Assembly (NCBI GenBank): GCA_019058425.1
Contig: JAHPYZ010000002.1
Span: forward strand, 27,880-91,879
Direction: 5' to 3'
Origin: Promethearchaeota archaeon
Lineage (GTDB): Archaea; Asgardarchaeota; Lokiarchaeia; Sigyniarchaeales; SOKP01
DNA length: 64,000 nucleotides
The position numbers and the translations under genes were made by a program. Below the pieces are notes generated by a model. It saw nothing but the letters and a program-made list of their open reading frames with translations. It was not told the DNA's origin and ran no database searches. Shown piece by piece: positions 8,636 through 18,128 of this stretch (positions within the stretch are counted from its first letter, which is position 1; each line of letters begins with the position of its first letter).

Positions 8636-9961
8636 ATGGTAGAAAAAATTAGAACGGTCACTGACGTGATCTGTCCTTTTTGTGGGACTCTTTGTGATGA
8701 TCTTGAAATAGATGTTGATATAAATGAGGAAAAAGTAGTTGAAGTTCGTAATGGATGCCAAATAGGCACGAAGAAATATTTCTCTTCCAACCCAAGTGAA
8801 CATCGATATGACAAACCATTAATAAAAGATAATGGAGCGTATAAAGAAGTATCTTGGGATGAAGCTATTGATAAAGCTGCAGATATTCTCATAAATACGA
8901 AAAGACCATTATTATATGGATTTTCAAGTACTGAATGTGAAGCTCAGGGAAAAGGTGTGGAATTAGCTGAATTATTAGGAGGTATTTTAGATAACACTGC
9001 TTCAGTATGCCATGGCCCTTCATTACTAGCAATTCAAGACGTTGGTGCCCCTACCTCAACTTTAGGTGAATACAAAAATAGAGCAGACCTCGTTGTTTTT
9101 TGGGGAAGCAATCCTGTTCATGCGCATCCACGACATCTTGGAAGATATAGTGACTTTATCCGTGGTTATTTCAGAAAAGATGGTACAAATGATAGATTTA
9201 TTGTAGTTGTTGATCCTAGAAATACCCATACTGCTCAATTAGCTGATATGCATATTCAAGTTAATCCGAGTGAAGATTATGAATTATTAAATGCTATTAG
9301 AGCAACCTTGAGGGGTACTGAATTGGATGGTGATATGATTTCCGGTGTTCCAAAGAAAAAAATCATAGAATTAGTAAATATTCTAAAATCATGCAATTTT
9401 GGAGTTATCTTTTTCGGGATGGGATTAACTCAAACCTTTTCACATCATCGAAATATCGATGCTGCTATTTGTCTTGTAAGGGAATTAAATGATCATACTA
9501 AATTCTTATTAACGCCCATGCGTGGACATTATAATGTCGCTGGAGCAAATCAAGTTTTTGCATGGCAGACAGGATATTCATATTCTATCGATTTTTCGAA
9601 GAAGTATCCTCGTTATAATCCCGGGGAATACTCTTCTGTAGATGTTTTGTTAAAAGATGAAATTGATGCATCGTTAATTGTAGCCTCTGATCCTGCGAGT
9701 AATTTTCCAGCAGCAGCAGTGAAAAATTTGTTTAAGCATCCTATAATTACAATTGAACCTCATCATACTCCTACATCTGTGAATTCAGATATTATTTTAC
9801 CACCTGCAATTGCGGGGATAGAATGTGAAGGTACAGCATATCGAATGGATAGTGTTCCATTAAGATTAAGAAAAGTAAAAGAAGCTCCAGGTGATTGTTT
9901 AACAGATAGAGAGATATTAGAACGACTAGTTGAAGCTGTAAAACAAAAAAAGGGGGAATAG
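8636..9961 (+). CDS. fwdB: Formylmethanofuran dehydrogenase subunit B (Mo/W-bis-pterin subunit; Cys-type, not Sec)
   Basis: 441 aa. N-terminal CPFCGTLCDDLE cluster motif and ASVCHGPS active-site region with Cys. AAGGAGG RBS lies upstream. Confidence 0.85.
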   Translation: MVEKIRTVTDVICPFCGTLCDDLEIDVDINEEKVVEVRNGCQIGTKKYFSSNPSEHRYDKPLIKDNGAYKEVSWDEAIDKAADILINTKRPLLYGFSSTECEAQGKGVELAELLGGILDNTASVCHGPSLLAIQDVGAPTSTLGEYKNRADLVVFWGSNPVHAHPRHLGRYSDFIRGYFRKDGTNDRFIVVVDPRNTHTAQLADMHIQVNPSEDYELLNAIRATLRGTELDGDMISGVPKKKIIELVNILKSCNFGVIFFGMGLTQTFSHHRNIDAAICLVRELNDHTKFLLTPMRGHYNVAGANQVFAWQTGYSYSIDFSKKYPRYNPGEYSSVDVLLKDEIDASLIVASDPASNFPAAAVKNLFKHPIITIEPHHTPTSVNSDIILPPAIAGIECEGTAYRMDSVPLRLRKVKEAPGDCLTDREILERLVEAVKQKKGE

Positions 9962-9965
9962 AAAG

Positions 9966-10817
9966 ATGGCAGAAATCAAATTAAAATTAAAAACTAAACC
10001 TGAGTTTCCATTAGAAGCTGAAAATATATCACCAGATAAATTTGCTGGTAAATCAGCAGCAGATATCAAGAAACTAGTTGTTTATCATGGAAATGAAGAA
10101 AAATCACTTGGAGATTATTTTGATGTTTCGGGAGCGGGCGGAGAAATCAATGAAATGAAAATTATTATTGAAGGAGATCTTTCAAATGTTAAAAGAATTG
10201 GAGAGAAAATGACTAGTGGAGAAATTGTCATAAATGGTAATATCGGAATGCATGTAGGAAATACAATGACTGGAGGTAAAATTTTAGTAAATGGCAATGC
10301 TGACGATTGGGCGGGAGCTATGTTAAAGGGAGGCGAATTAGAGATTACTGGTGATGCTGGGCATTATGTAGGAGCAGCATATAGAGGATTTTGGAAAGGA
10401 ATGCAAAATGGCGTTATCAAGGTACATGGAAAAATAGGGAATGAAGCATTAACATGGGTAAATGGTTCAAAACCAGCTAAAAGATTTCCAACATTAATTT
10501 GTGGAAGTGCTGGTTCATTCTTAGGAATTCATGGTCATGGAGGAACAATTATAGTAGAAGGTGATTGTGATAGATGCATTGGAGCAGACCAGGTGCGAGG
10601 GACGATTGTTGTAAAAGGAAAAATTTCAAGAATTCTACCCTCATATAAGAAACTTGGTGAAATAAAAGAAATCGAATTGATGAGTGGAGAAAAAATTCAA
10701 GGAAAGTTTATGGAATATAGTGGAGACCATTCAGTTGAAAAAAATCATTCTAAAATCGATAAAAAAACGGGTGAAATTTCAAATAGCTCTAATGGGCGAT
10801 TATTTGTAGCTGTTTAA
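9966..10817 (+). CDS. fwdC: Formylmethanofuran dehydrogenase subunit C
   Basis: 283 aa with repeated G-rich beta-helix turns (INGNIGMHVGNTMTGGKILVNGNADDWAGAMLKGGELEITGDAGHYVGAAY), as in FwdC/GltB C-terminal domains. Confidence 0.8.
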   Translation: MAEIKLKLKTKPEFPLEAENISPDKFAGKSAADIKKLVVYHGNEEKSLGDYFDVSGAGGEINEMKIIIEGDLSNVKRIGEKMTSGEIVINGNIGMHVGNTMTGGKILVNGNADDWAGAMLKGGELEITGDAGHYVGAAYRGFWKGMQNGVIKVHGKIGNEALTWVNGSKPAKRFPTLICGSAGSFLGIHGHGGTIIVEGDCDRCIGADQVRGTIVVKGKISRILPSYKKLGEIKEIELMSGEKIQGKFMEYSGDHSVEKNHSKIDKKTGEISNSSNGRLFVAV

Positions 10818-10863
10818 ATCTCACATAATATAATTATAATAAATAACAAAAAAGGTTAAAGAT

Positions 10864-11496
10864 ATGCGGACCAAATTAGGAATAATTTTGCTAATTATTG
10901 GTGGAATATTAATGATAATTAGTTCTGCCATTGGGAGTATTGGAATTTATGAGATTCTTTATGGTTTAGTAGCTACTCAAATTCCCGCAAATTTCTCGTG
11001 GATAATACCGATATTAAATGTATTGATTACAATTATGAGATATATCGCGGATTTTGGGGGAGGAGCTGTAATAGTAGGTGCGATTTTTATAGCGTTGGGT
11101 ATTGTTAGATTTGGAAAATGGCTTGTTGGTATTGGTCTTACTTTCGGTACTCTTGCTTTAATTATCTGGGTAGTTTCACAAATTGCTAATAATACTAATT
11201 TAATTACAGATCCCCAAATCTTGAGTTATTTAGCTACTTTAAAAGGATTCTTTACATATAATACAGGTCTGCAATTTGGGGGTGTTGCAACCGCGATTAT
11301 TGGACGAAACTTCGTCAAGAAACCTAAAAAAGCTGAAGAAGAAATCGAAGAAGAAGAAGATATTGATTTCGAGGAAGAAATTGAATCATCAACACCATTG
11401 CCTTTTCAAAACATCAATTGTCCAAATTGTGGAACATCAATACCATTTAATGCTGAATTCTGTAGTGAATGCGGACACACTATTGAAAAGATATAA
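10864..11496 (+). CDS. Membrane protein with acidic linker and C-terminal zinc ribbon
   Basis: 210 aa with about 4 TM helices, an EEEIEEEEDIDFEEEIE linker, then CPNCG-x11-CSECG. Confidence 0.5.
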   Translation: MRTKLGIILLIIGGILMIISSAIGSIGIYEILYGLVATQIPANFSWIIPILNVLITIMRYIADFGGGAVIVGAIFIALGIVRFGKWLVGIGLTFGTLALIIWVVSQIANNTNLITDPQILSYLATLKGFFTYNTGLQFGGVATAIIGRNFVKKPKKAEEEIEEEEDIDFEEEIESSTPLPFQNINCPNCGTSIPFNAEFCSECGHTIEKI

Positions 11497-11613
11497 TAAT
11501 TTCTTAATTTGAAATAATATTATTTATTGAAAATCTACAATAAATAATATTATTACCATAGGCTAATATTTTAGACCAAATATTTAAATATCTAAGGATA
11601 TCTTGTAGATACT

Positions 11614-12552
11614 ATGAATGCGAATTCTTTTAAGATTAAACCTTATGATAATTCACTAGGGGTTTCTATTCTAGTAGATTTATATAATAAAATGAAAAAA
11701 TATTTAAATCCTGAATCAACAGTTTTAATAACTGAAGAGGTAATTCATACATTTTTAGGTAAAGAAACCGTTCTTTCACGAGATTTCATAATATTTGAAA
11801 CTAACCAAAACAATATTGTTGCACTTGCGGGTATATCCCGTATGCCATTTTTTAAGGATGCATGGTTAGTTATTTATGCTATCTTACCCGAATATTTTGA
11901 ATCAGAACTACCTGGAGTATTAATTGATGCCGTTTTGAATCTTGGAAAGAAATTAAATGCCCCAGGTCTCATATTTCAAACATTTGGAGTTCTATCAGCA
12001 CCTTTAGAGGAGAAATTAGAAAGTATTGGTATCAATCCTGCATTTTATAACTGGTCTATGCATCTGGATAATTTTAAATTATTTTCAAAACCTGATATTC
12101 CACAAGATATAATAATTCGGGATCTCAAGAAGATAGAAGATTATACCAGTTTTATTACTATAATAAACGAGGCTTTTAAAGATTCATTTAAATTTCAACC
12201 ATTCACAACAGCGACATGGAAAATGATGGATGATATGCTAAAAAAGACTTTTAGTGTTGAATATTGCATTGTTTATGAAAATAATAAACTTGTGGGGGGG
12301 TGTATTATTCATTTCAATCTGGAAAAAGATCAAATTGGTTTAATTTCAACTTTATGTGTTCTACCAAACTATCAACATCGCAAAATTGGGACCGGTTTAT
12401 TGGCATTTGGAATTGAAACACTTCATAAAAGAGGGTGTAAAAAATTTGAACTATCTGTTGAAACTAAAAATGAAAGAGCCTTAGGACTCTATAAAAAGTT
12501 TGGTTTTAAAGTAAAGAAAAATATGACACAAAAAACGTATCAAATTATATAA
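11614..12552 (+). CDS. GNAT acetyltransferase (two-domain, MshD-like layout)
   Basis: 312 aa. The C-terminal half carries the acetyl-CoA motif LCVLPNYQHRKIGTGLLAFG...NERALGLYKKFGFKV. Confidence 0.6.
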   Translation: MNANSFKIKPYDNSLGVSILVDLYNKMKKYLNPESTVLITEEVIHTFLGKETVLSRDFIIFETNQNNIVALAGISRMPFFKDAWLVIYAILPEYFESELPGVLIDAVLNLGKKLNAPGLIFQTFGVLSAPLEEKLESIGINPAFYNWSMHLDNFKLFSKPDIPQDIIIRDLKKIEDYTSFITIINEAFKDSFKFQPFTTATWKMMDDMLKKTFSVEYCIVYENNKLVGGCIIHFNLEKDQIGLISTLCVLPNYQHRKIGTGLLAFGIETLHKRGCKKFELSVETKNERALGLYKKFGFKVKKNMTQKTYQII

Positions 12553-12687
12553 GATCTTGTTTGAATTTTAAATGTCTTCTATTTATTTTTTTAAATTTAA
12601 TCTTTAATTACTTCAATTTATTTAAATTAAATAATATATATTATTCAATCTAATAAAAATCAGATCTACATATTAGAAGGTTGAAGC

Positions 12688-13503
12688 TTGTTTAAGAGAA
12701 AAGTAAAAATTTCAAAAATAACGAAAGACAAGAAGGTAGAAATAGAAGATATAATCCTATATGAAACTCCTATTGATTTATACGTGAATTCTAAGCCTTT
12801 AGTTAATATCATTTGCCTTGCTAATGATTTAAAAGAATTAACTGTTGGTTTTTTATTTTCTATAGGAATTATAGACTCGATTAAGGATATTAAAGATATC
12901 GATGTGAATGAATTAGAAAATTCTGTTTATGTAAAATTAAAAAAAGAGATCAATTTTGATATCGAAGCACTCGATGTTAATCCTATAAGTCGCGTGGTTG
13001 ATACGACATGTGGTATATCCTCTCCATGGCGAGAAGTTATCAAAAAATCTTTAGATAAAGCTAATATAAAAGAAGAACTTAAAGCGAAAGATAATATTAC
13101 CATTGAAGCTACAACGATATTATCTGCCATAAAAAAAATGCAAACTTCAACTCCACTTTATCGTGAAACAGGAGGTTGTCATGGAGCTGCTATATTTAAC
13201 AATGAGGGAAATTTACAGACTGTGAAGGAAGATATTGGTAGACACAACGCAATTGACAAAATCATTGGAGATCTGTTATTGAAAGAAATTAGTTTTGAAA
13301 ATGTTTTCTTAACATCAACTGGTAGGTTAACGGGCGATTCAGTGTTAAAAGCAATAAGAGCAAAGATCCCTATTGTTGCTTCTCTTTCTGCAGCAATTGA
13401 ATCTGGGATTCGATTAGCTTTCGCTTACGGGATAACTCTAATTGGTTTTGCCCGTGGTTCTAGAATGAATATCTATACCCATCCTGAAAGGATAATTGTA
13501 TAA
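12688..13503 (+). CDS. fdhD: FdhD sulfurtransferase (Mo/W-bisPGD cofactor sulfuration accessory protein)
   Basis: 271 aa with a TTG start. TGGCHGAA ... DIGRHNAIDKIIG ... TSTGRLTGDSVLKA blocks are characteristic of FdhD. Confidence 0.85.
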   Translation: MFKRKVKISKITKDKKVEIEDIILYETPIDLYVNSKPLVNIICLANDLKELTVGFLFSIGIIDSIKDIKDIDVNELENSVYVKLKKEINFDIEALDVNPISRVVDTTCGISSPWREVIKKSLDKANIKEELKAKDNITIEATTILSAIKKMQTSTPLYRETGGCHGAAIFNNEGNLQTVKEDIGRHNAIDKIIGDLLLKEISFENVFLTSTGRLTGDSVLKAIRAKIPIVASLSAAIESGIRLAFAYGITLIGFARGSRMNIYTHPERIIV

Positions 13504-13645
13504 CACTTAGAATTTAGAGATTTAATAATGTAAAAAAAAAGATAAAAGTTTGAATGATTGTTATTAGTATTTAAAACATATTATCTATAATATATTATCT
13601 CAAATTGAATAATAAATTAAATTAATAAAAATCTAATCCATTCTA

Positions 13646-14281
13646 ATGGCGACAGAAGATTTTCTTGTATATGTTAGTCTAGGGGTTTCAATTGCGGTAC
13701 TTCTCTCTATAATCTGGGATCATATCAAAGATGATAGAATTTTAACCGTTGAAGTTCAAGATTTTTATAGTGATATCGAGATGTTAATCTTTACAAACCT
13801 CCAAGTTAAATATTATGAAATGCTCCAAACTAACAAGGGAAAAATGGAAGAGCAAGAATTAAAAATCATTATCAAGAATAAAAATCGAGATGTGATTCAA
13901 AAGAATTACCTAGAAGCAAAAATCAAACAAAATTTCAAATTATTTGCTCAATATCTTGGATTGACTTATAATAAGGAAAAAAATTCCTATTTAAACGGAA
14001 CTATATATATATTAAAGAATGAAGGTAGTCTACTGAAAAGGAATGTTGAATCTTATACTGAAGAAGATATAATCTCTTCTTTTACTGAAATTAAACCCCA
14101 ACAAATAAAAGAATTATTAATATACCTTAATAGCTTGCGATTCTATTGGAAAAAAAAATATTATAAGCTTATTTTTCGTCCACAATTACACCAAAAAATA
14201 AGCTTTGATGAGTTACTTGGGTATGCAAAACCTTTAGAAAAAAAGAAGAAGAAATTCTATCGAAAGGTACTGGATAGTTAA
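13646..14281 (+). CDS. Hypothetical protein with one N-terminal TM helix
   Basis: 211-aa ORF with no recognisable motif. The C-terminus is Lys-rich. Confidence 0.4.
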   Translation: MATEDFLVYVSLGVSIAVLLSIIWDHIKDDRILTVEVQDFYSDIEMLIFTNLQVKYYEMLQTNKGKMEEQELKIIIKNKNRDVIQKNYLEAKIKQNFKLFAQYLGLTYNKEKNSYLNGTIYILKNEGSLLKRNVESYTEEDIISSFTEIKPQQIKELLIYLNSLRFYWKKKYYKLIFRPQLHQKISFDELLGYAKPLEKKKKKFYRKVLDS

Positions 14282-14394
14282 ATTAATTCATATATTCTTT
14301 CAAAATTCTTTTATATATTAGAAATTTTTATCCCATAGTTATTTTAAATTAATTGATGAGATGAGTAGCGATTTCTGAAGAAAAATATACAAAA

Positions 14395-14907
14395 ATGTTT
14401 AACATGATCTCTGGTCTGGTCATAATTTTATTTTCCATAATAATTTTGGTTTTTTCAACAGTAGCTTTATTAGGCATCATGATATTATTATCTATCACTT
14501 TTATTGTATTTGGGACAGGGAGATTATCTGATTCTTTTTCAGATGAAAAACTTAATAGGTTTGGAGTTATTGCTAGATTCATTACTGGATTGTTAGCGAT
14601 TCTCATAGGAATCATCAATCTTATCATTGCTTTGGTTAATCCAAGTTATTCGATATTACTTCTAATAAACATTTTTGCAATGGTTTTATTTATAATTGGA
14701 ATCACCAGAATATTTATAGGTGTTTTTACACAGGAATATTCAAAAGATTATCGAATATTTTTAATTCTAATAGGGTTAATGAGTTTAATTTTATCTTTAA
14801 TCGTGATGATCGTTCCTTATGTTGGTTATTATATACTAGTACTTTTATTATCTTTAGCACTTTTATTAAATGGATTAATCCGTTTCTTGTCGGGACTGTT
14901 TAAATGA
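14395..14907 (+). CDS. HdeD/DUF308-like small membrane protein
   Basis: 170 aa with 6 hydrophobic helices and repeated G(I/L)xRIFxG-type motifs. Paralog of 16436-17014. Confidence 0.55.
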   Translation: MFNMISGLVIILFSIIILVFSTVALLGIMILLSITFIVFGTGRLSDSFSDEKLNRFGVIARFITGLLAILIGIINLIIALVNPSYSILLLINIFAMVLFIIGITRIFIGVFTQEYSKDYRIFLILIGLMSLILSLIVMIVPYVGYYILVLLLSLALLLNGLIRFLSGLFK

Positions 14908-14966
14908 AGACACAAATAAAATTCTAATGCTCTTTCTGCTCGAAACTATTGCATAAAGAAAAAAAA

Positions 14967-15161
14967 TTATTTTGAAGCAATTAATATAAGAAATATTGTA
15001 ATTTTGAATTGATTTAGAAAAATAGTTAAAGGAGAGAATCTTCTTGAAAGCATTAATTCATTATGGCCATACTTTTCCAATTTAGACATAACCTCCTTAG
15101 AGCTTATTCCCTTAACTCCCAGATTAGATTTCAATAAAGTATCTTTTATATATAAAGGATT
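14967..15161 (-). pseudogene. Relic of a P-type cation ATPase N-terminus (Cation_ATPase_N-like fragment)
   Basis: Minus-strand frame reads NPLYIKDTLLKSNLGVKGISSKEVMSKLEKYGHNELMLSRRFSPLTIFLNQFKITIFLILIASK*. The G(L/I)S..E...RL.KYG.NEL....S.l..fl.QF pattern is the classic P-type ATPase N-terminal domain. The frame is bounded by TGA upstream and TAA after only about 64 codons, and no ATPase body follows. Confidence 0.5.
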
Positions 15162-15386
15162 TCATGCCACATCTTTGTTTATTCAAGTTTTTAAGTGTTT
15201 AATAAATTTTAAGCGTTGTTATCTTCTCATAAAACTAATGCTACCATTTTTGATCATTACTGCAAAAATTTACTATTATTTACAATCAATAGTATAAGTA
15301 AGTTTAAAAAGCTCCTTTTATTATTCAAAAGTTATATGATAATTGGTCTTATATAAAAATTTTTAGAATGTGAAAGATTGTAAAAA

Positions 15387-16013
15387 ATGAACGAGATTAA
15401 AACAATAATTTTTGATTTGGGAGGAGTCTATTTTACACCAGGATCTTTTTTAGCGATCGAAAAAATTAGAGAAATTTATGATATAAAAAATGAAAAATTA
15501 CTTAGAGAATTCTTTAGTGATAATCCAAATTCAGAAGGTAATTTGATAAGGAAAGGATTAATAAGTATTGATGAGTTTGAGGAAAAATTATTTTCAAAAT
15601 TAGAAATTAACAAAAAAGAAAAAAAACACACGCGATATATATGGTTTGGATCTTATTGCATTCATTATGGTATTGAAAATTTAATAAAAGCATTAAAAAA
15701 AAAATATCGATTGCTAATTTTCAGTGGTAATGTTAGAGAGCGTATTGAATACTTAGACAAAAAATGTGATTTTTTAAAATATTTTGATGATGCCCTATTT
15801 AGTTTTGATTATCAGAAAAATAAAGATGATATTGAATTCTATGAAGAATTAGTCAAACATATCAAATGCGAGCCATCAGAAGCAATATTAATTGATGATG
15901 AAAAGAAAAATGTAAAGATTGCTAGATCTTTAGGTTTGAAAGGAATCCATTATTATTATACAGAAAAATTGATAGATGACCTTAAGAATTACGGTATAAT
16001 TCTAGATATTTGA
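15387..16013 (+). CDS. HAD-superfamily hydrolase (subfamily IA-like)
   Basis: 208 aa with motif I IIFDLGGV, later FSGN and a terminal LIDDEKKNV (motif IV). Confidence 0.7.
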   Translation: MNEIKTIIFDLGGVYFTPGSFLAIEKIREIYDIKNEKLLREFFSDNPNSEGNLIRKGLISIDEFEEKLFSKLEINKKEKKHTRYIWFGSYCIHYGIENLIKALKKKYRLLIFSGNVRERIEYLDKKCDFLKYFDDALFSFDYQKNKDDIEFYEELVKHIKCEPSEAILIDDEKKNVKIARSLGLKGIHYYYTEKLIDDLKNYGIILDI

Positions 16014-16435
16014 AATGTTTATAAAAAAACGTAAATGTGTAAAAATAGAAGAAGTTATTTTTTGCTTGTTATATAATATTGAAAAATCTACTTGGTAGGA
16101 ATTCTCAGTTATAAAAAAACTTTATAATAAAAAAATTTAAAACTTAAAAATAAGGATTTTAGTAAAACTGTATTCTTATATATTCACTAATTAAATATAC
16201 TTTTAATTAATAAACTAATTTCTTTAATTCTTGATGAAATAATATAATTTTATCTTACATTTTCTAAATTTGCTTAAAAGTAGATTGATTGAACCTATTT
16301 TTACTAAAAATACGAATTCCTTAATAACATTTTCTCAAAGAATTCATTCGATGATTAGATTTAAAATTTTAATTCAATCCGTAATATTAATAAATTACTT
16401 TTTCCTAAAATATTAGTAATTCATAAAAAAATTAT

Positions 16436-17014
16436 ATGTGTGATATCCTCGTGAGTAAGAGATCAGTTGAGAAAGGACAAGATGCTTCAAATATAATAAA
16501 TGGCCTAGTGGTTATGATACTAGCTATCACAATCTTCTTTTTTTCTGGTGGAGCAATTATAATGCTTATCCTATTATTTGCGACAATTTTAATAATATCA
16601 GGAATGGCTAGAATTATGAATGCGTTCTCAAATGAAGAACTAAGTGGTGCTGGGGCTATTGTAAAATTTATTTCAGGAATACTCTTAATTATAATTTCAT
16701 TTTATATGATATTTGCTCTATTGGCAGATCCTACATTTTCAATAGCAATTGTAATCGTTATTTATTCGATTTCTATACTAATTGTTGGAATTGCGAGAAT
16801 CTTTATGGGTACAGCAGGTGCTAATTATATACAATGGTTTCGAATATTCCTCTTAATTATAGGAATTGTAGCAGTAGTTCTATCATTAATTTTACTTCTT
16901 GTACCAAATTTGGAAAACTCAATGATTTTTTTTCTGTTGGCTATTTCCATGTTTCTGAGTGGTTTTGCTAGATTTCTGCTTGGTTTTACAGGAAAAGAAA
17001 AATTTAAAAAATAA
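16436..17014 (+). CDS. HdeD/DUF308-like small membrane protein (paralog)
   Basis: 192 aa with the same helix layout and motifs (GMARIMNAF, GIARIFMG, SGFARFLLGF) as 14395-14907. Confidence 0.55.
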   Translation: MCDILVSKRSVEKGQDASNIINGLVVMILAITIFFFSGGAIIMLILLFATILIISGMARIMNAFSNEELSGAGAIVKFISGILLIIISFYMIFALLADPTFSIAIVIVIYSISILIVGIARIFMGTAGANYIQWFRIFLLIIGIVAVVLSLILLLVPNLENSMIFFLLAISMFLSGFARFLLGFTGKEKFKK

Positions 17015-17207
17015 ATTTAAAATTTCTTTCTTTTTTTTTAATTTCTTAATTCTTCCTTCTTTCTGATATTTTGAGTTAAGTGAAGAAGTGAATATCTAAG
17101 GAAATCCTGAACTTCCAGTTTTGAATTCTTAATTCATATATTTTTAATTATCTTTGTATATATGACTCAAAAATAACAGATTTATACCATAAATTTATGA
17201 TTCTTAA

Positions 17208-18128
17208 CTAAATTTTAAGTTTATAAATTATATTATAAACATCTTGAGCAAATTTCGGTTGAAAATCAAAAATTTTTTGTGGATTGAATGTTAATAATCG
17301 AAATTTAACAATAATACTAATATTAAAAGTTATAACATCGAATTGAGGTTTAATCCTGAAGATATTTTTCTCATTGTATAAATCACAGAGTGCTGCAACT
17401 TTTTTCATTATCATCCTAAATCCTTTATATGGAAAAGCCATTATAAATGTATAATTATATAACTTAGGATAATATTTTGATGTGAAGGAATCATATGCTT
17501 TTTTCAAATTAGCTTCAAATTCTAATTTTGATTCTGGAGTAATTTCATAAATATCATCAAATCCAATATCTTGAGGTGCTAAAATTTTAGTTTTAAAATC
17601 TTCAAAAGATTTTTTTTTGCCAAGTTTTTTTGTATAATTAACAATTTTTGAAGATAGAATTTGATTATTAGACTTTTCTATTATAATATTATCAAAAGTT
17701 TCTAATTTCATCTTTGTTAAACTGATTTCTCTTACAATCCCTTTGTCTCCTTCAATTTTAATCAAATCACCAACTTCAAAGAGTCTTACTAACATTAATA
17801 TAATCCCTGAAACAAAATTTGCAAATATACCACTAGAGGCAAATGCAATCGCAGTACTAATTGCTCCTGTAATTACTGCTGTGTAAGTTGGATCTATTTC
17901 AGAAATGATGGGAAAGCCTTCAATGATAAAATATGCAATTACAAGAACAGTGGCGATTTTTAAGGTAAAATTTATAATAGCTTTTTGTTTCAAGGGAATC
18001 TTTTTACTTTTACCGACAGTAAAAGACACTAATTTATTTAATATATATAAACTAATACCAATGATTATTACATAAATTAGTGCTTCAAAATTTGTTTTAA
18101 ATATACTCTCTGTACTTATTTTAATCAC
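17208..18128 (-). CDS. MscS-family mechanosensitive channel
   Basis: 306 aa with 3 TM helices followed by VGDLIKIEGDKGIVREISLTKMKLETFDNIII (MscS beta-domain signature). Confidence 0.7.
   Translation of the reverse strand: MIKISTESIFKTNFEALIYVIIIGISLYILNKLVSFTVGKSKKIPLKQKAIINFTLKIATVLVIAYFIIEGFPIISEIDPTYTAVITGAISTAIAFASSGIFANFVSGIILMLVRLFEVGDLIKIEGDKGIVREISLTKMKLETFDNIIIEKSNNQILSSKIVNYTKKLGKKKSFEDFKTKILAPQDIGFDDIYEITPESKLEFEANLKKAYDSFTSKYYPKLYNYTFIMAFPYKGFRMIMKKVAALCDLYNEKNIFRIKPQFDVITFNISIIVKFRLLTFNPQKIFDFQPKFAQDVYNIIYKLKI

Noticed and set aside
7485-8892. Track ORFs on the minus strand (7485-7757, 7920-8276, 8618-8803, 8629-8892) and the plus-strand alternate-frame ORF 7862-8059, all within the fwd cluster
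   Set aside because: They lie entirely inside well-supported plus-strand genes (polyferredoxin, fwdD, fwdB). Their low-complexity Ser/Pro/Thr-rich translations have no motifs, so they are shadow ORFs.
8636-9961. Possible selenocysteine in FwdB, since some methanogens have Sec-type FwuB
   Set aside because: The ORF is uninterrupted and the active-site region reads ASVCHGPS with Cys. There is no in-frame TGA.
11276-11512. 78-aa Lys-rich plus-strand ORF
   Set aside because: It is an alternative frame of the acidic linker and zinc-ribbon region of 10864-11496. The zinc-ribbon frame is the coherent one.
16014-16435. Long AT-rich intergenic regions (16014-16435, 35777-36184, 6904-7244) scanned for tRNA, rRNA or other structured RNA and for small ORFs
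   Set aside because: I found no GC-rich stems, no tRNA-like T-loop/acceptor patterns, and no conserved-looking ORFs. They are probably promoter and spacer DNA, although AT-rich sRNAs cannot be excluded by eye.
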